Shown in pieces: positions 60,576-63,044 of a stretch of 63,044 nucleotides of DNA. Source of the DNA: Chiloscyllium plagiosum (Eukaryota); contig NC_057751.1 of assembly GCF_004010195.1 (NCBI RefSeq), positions 5,259,069-5,322,112 on the forward strand, in the 5' to 3' direction. Position 1 is the stretch's first letter. Each line of letters starts with the position of its first letter. Position numbers and translations under genes: made by a program. Under the pieces are notes generated by a model. The model was not told where the DNA came from. It did not search any database and was given only the letters and a program-made list of their open reading frames with translations.

Positions 60576-61699
60576 GTGAGTGGTGTACGTGGCTATCCAG
60601 TGCAGGAACTTACAGACAGCTGCTTCCCATTAAATATGAGCTGCTCACTCCCCCCCCCCCCAGCTCAGAAAAAGGAAAGCTGCCTGGGGAAAGTTAGAAG
60701 CAGAGGAGAAGGCTTTGGGATCTGAGGGTTTGAAGCTGATTGTGGGAGAGTGGGTAGGGTGGGGGGAAACAGGGTCATCGCAGGACAACAAGGAAGCTGA
60801 CACTTATTTTGCAGCATCTGTACCGAATCAGAAAACACTCCTGCTCTCAATTCCTCAGCCATGCTCCGGCTTTCTACCCAGATTGGATTCCGCAGTCTTT
60901 TTCCTGATTGGTCTGCTGACAGCGATTATGCAACAGCAATTTGGGGGACTTGGCAGCGTCCCAGCCTCTGTTGCCCGGAGAGAAAGTGAGTGCTGCTCTC
61001 GCACACTGCACACTGTCAGACTTGTTGGTGGTACTGTACGCGGGTTGTGAGGGGACACAGAAATGGCTTTGCAATGACTGGAGCACCAGTTAGACAATTC
61101 AGTCAGCAGCACATAGTGAGCAGGCTGACCAGGAGTGAGCCAGGCACTGTTCACACAGATGTGTGTGTGCCTGGCCATGGAGGACCACAGGACAGAGGGA
61201 CACTGGTAGGCCATTAAGCTCAGCGTGGCAGTTCCACCAGACAGTGAATTCATGGCTGATCTCATCGGCCCATACTCTCCTCTGCCACCTTGCTCCCCCC
61301 ATGATTTAATGGCACTGCAGTTTGATCGGGGTGAGGAACAGAGTCTGTTCCTCGCACGTGGAGACCTGGGGTCTCTCTCCATTGGGAGCTGGAGTCTGAC
61401 TGGGAGGTGGAGAGAGTTTCCAAACGGATAGTGAACTGAGGGGAAAACAGTGAGCTGTTTACAGGACTGTCACCCCCACTGTGGAGGTGGCTCAATAAGG
61501 TTGCTGCTTTCCAACTCAGCATGACAAGAAAGTGGAGTTTCATATTCCCGAAGGAACACTGTGTGCTCAGGCAAGGCAACTTAAAACAGTGAGAAATTCC
61601 ACATCGTTTTCACCAGAAACTGAGAGAGCAGACAGATCCTGTTGCACGCTCATTCTGCACAAGACTACTTATTGTGGTCTGTCATGATCATCTCGAACA

Positions 61700-63044
61700 G
61701 TCATTCTATATCACAGGGTGTGGGTGACCCTCTGGTCATTCTATATCACAGGGTGTGGGTGACCCCCAGGTCATTCTGTGTCACAGGGAGTGTGTGACCC
61801 TCTGGTCATTCTGTGTCACAGGGTGTGAGTGACCCCCAGGTCATTCTGTGTCACAGGGAGTGGGTGACCCCCAGGTCATTCTGTGTCACAGGGAGTGGGT
61901 GACCCTCTGGTCATTCTGTGTCACAGGGAGTGGGTGACCCTCTGGTCATTCTATATCACAGGGTTCATTCTATATCACAGGGAGTGAGTGACCCTCTGGT
62001 CATTCTGTGTCACAGGGAGTGAGTGAACCTCTGGTCATTCTATATCACAGGGAGTGAGTGACCCTCTGGTCATTCTATATCACAGGGTGTGGGTGACCCT
62101 CTGGTCATTCTGTATCACAGAGAGTGAGTGACCCTCTGGTCATTCTGCGTCACAGGGAGTGGGTGACCCTCTGGTCATTCTATATCACAGGGTGTGGGTG
62201 ACCCCCAGGTCACTCTGTGTCACAGGGTGTGGGTGACCCTCTGGTCATTCTATATCACAGGGTGTGGGTGACCCTCTGGTCATTCTATATCACAGGGTGT
62301 GGGTGACCCCCAGGTCATTCTGTGTCACAGGGTGTGGGTGACCGTCTGGTCATTCTATATCACAGGGTGTGGGTGACCCCCAGGTCATTCTGTGTCACAG
62401 GGAGTGGGTGACCCTCTGGTCATTCTATATCACAGGGTGTGGGTGACCCCCAGGTCATTCTATATCACAGGGTGTGGGTGACCCCCAGGTCATTCTGTGT
62501 CACAGGGAGTGGGTGACCCTCTGGTCATTCTATATCACAGGGTGTGGGTGACCCTCTGGTCATTCTATATCACAGGGTGTGGGTGACCCTCTGGTCATTC
62601 TATATCACAGGGTGTGGGTGACCCTCTGGTCATTCTATATCACAGGGTGTGGGTGACCCCCAGGTCATTCTATATCACAGGGTGTGGGTGACCCCCAGGT
62701 CATTCTATATCACAGGGTGTGGGTGACCCCCAGGTCATTCTATATCACAGGGTGTGGGTGACCCCCAGGTCATTCTATATCACAGGGTGTGGGTGACCCC
62801 CAGGTCATTCTATATCACAGGGTGTGGGTGACCCCCAGGTCATTCTATATCACAGGGTGTGGGTGACCCCCAGGTCATTCTATATCACAGGGTGTGGGTG
62901 ACCCCCAGGTCATTCTATATCACAGGGTGTGGGTGACCCCCAGGTCATTCTATATCACAGGGTGTGGGTGACCCCCAGGTCATTCTATATCACAGGGTGT
63001 GGGTGACCCCCAGGTCATTCTGTGTCACAGGGAGTGTGTGACCC
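61700..63044. repeat. 35-bp minisatellite, about 38 copies, running off the window end (intron 8)
   Basis: Unit ggtcattctatatcacagggtgtgggtgacc(ctct/ccca) with variant positions. Confidence 0.97.

Noticed and set aside
61700..63044. CRISPR-like array (35-bp partially palindromic repeats)
   Set aside because: Units are contiguous with no unique spacers, there are no cas genes, and the context is a eukaryotic intron.

Overview
Repeat-rich vertebrate genomic DNA, most likely from a cartilaginous fish (shark). This is inferred from the abundant HE1/V-SINE-like tRNA-derived SINEs, CR1 LINEs and Penelope-like remnants. The only gene I can support is the 5' part of an anthrax toxin receptor 1-like gene (ANTXR1/TEM8 family, + strand). 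It has eight GT-AG coding exons from 18685 to 60575, splicing to 633 nt / 211 codons that encode a signal peptide and nearly the whole von Willebrand A domain with an intact MIDAS motif. The gene continues past the window end. The ORF track mostly reflects repeats and noise. The rest of the window is decayed mobile DNA (about 12 HE1-like SINEs, CR1 and Rex1/Babar LINE fragments, five solo-LTR-like elements), microsatellites, a 179-N gap and a terminal 35-bp minisatellite. Two observations stand out. (1) Four distinct families of short, often palindromic Penelope-like elements each carry a minimal type-I hammerhead ribozyme fold with covarying stems. (2) A perfect 138-bp inverted templated duplication in intron 6 copies a chimeric repeat junction. 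Repeat family names come from recognition, not database searches, and repeat boundaries are approximate unless stated.
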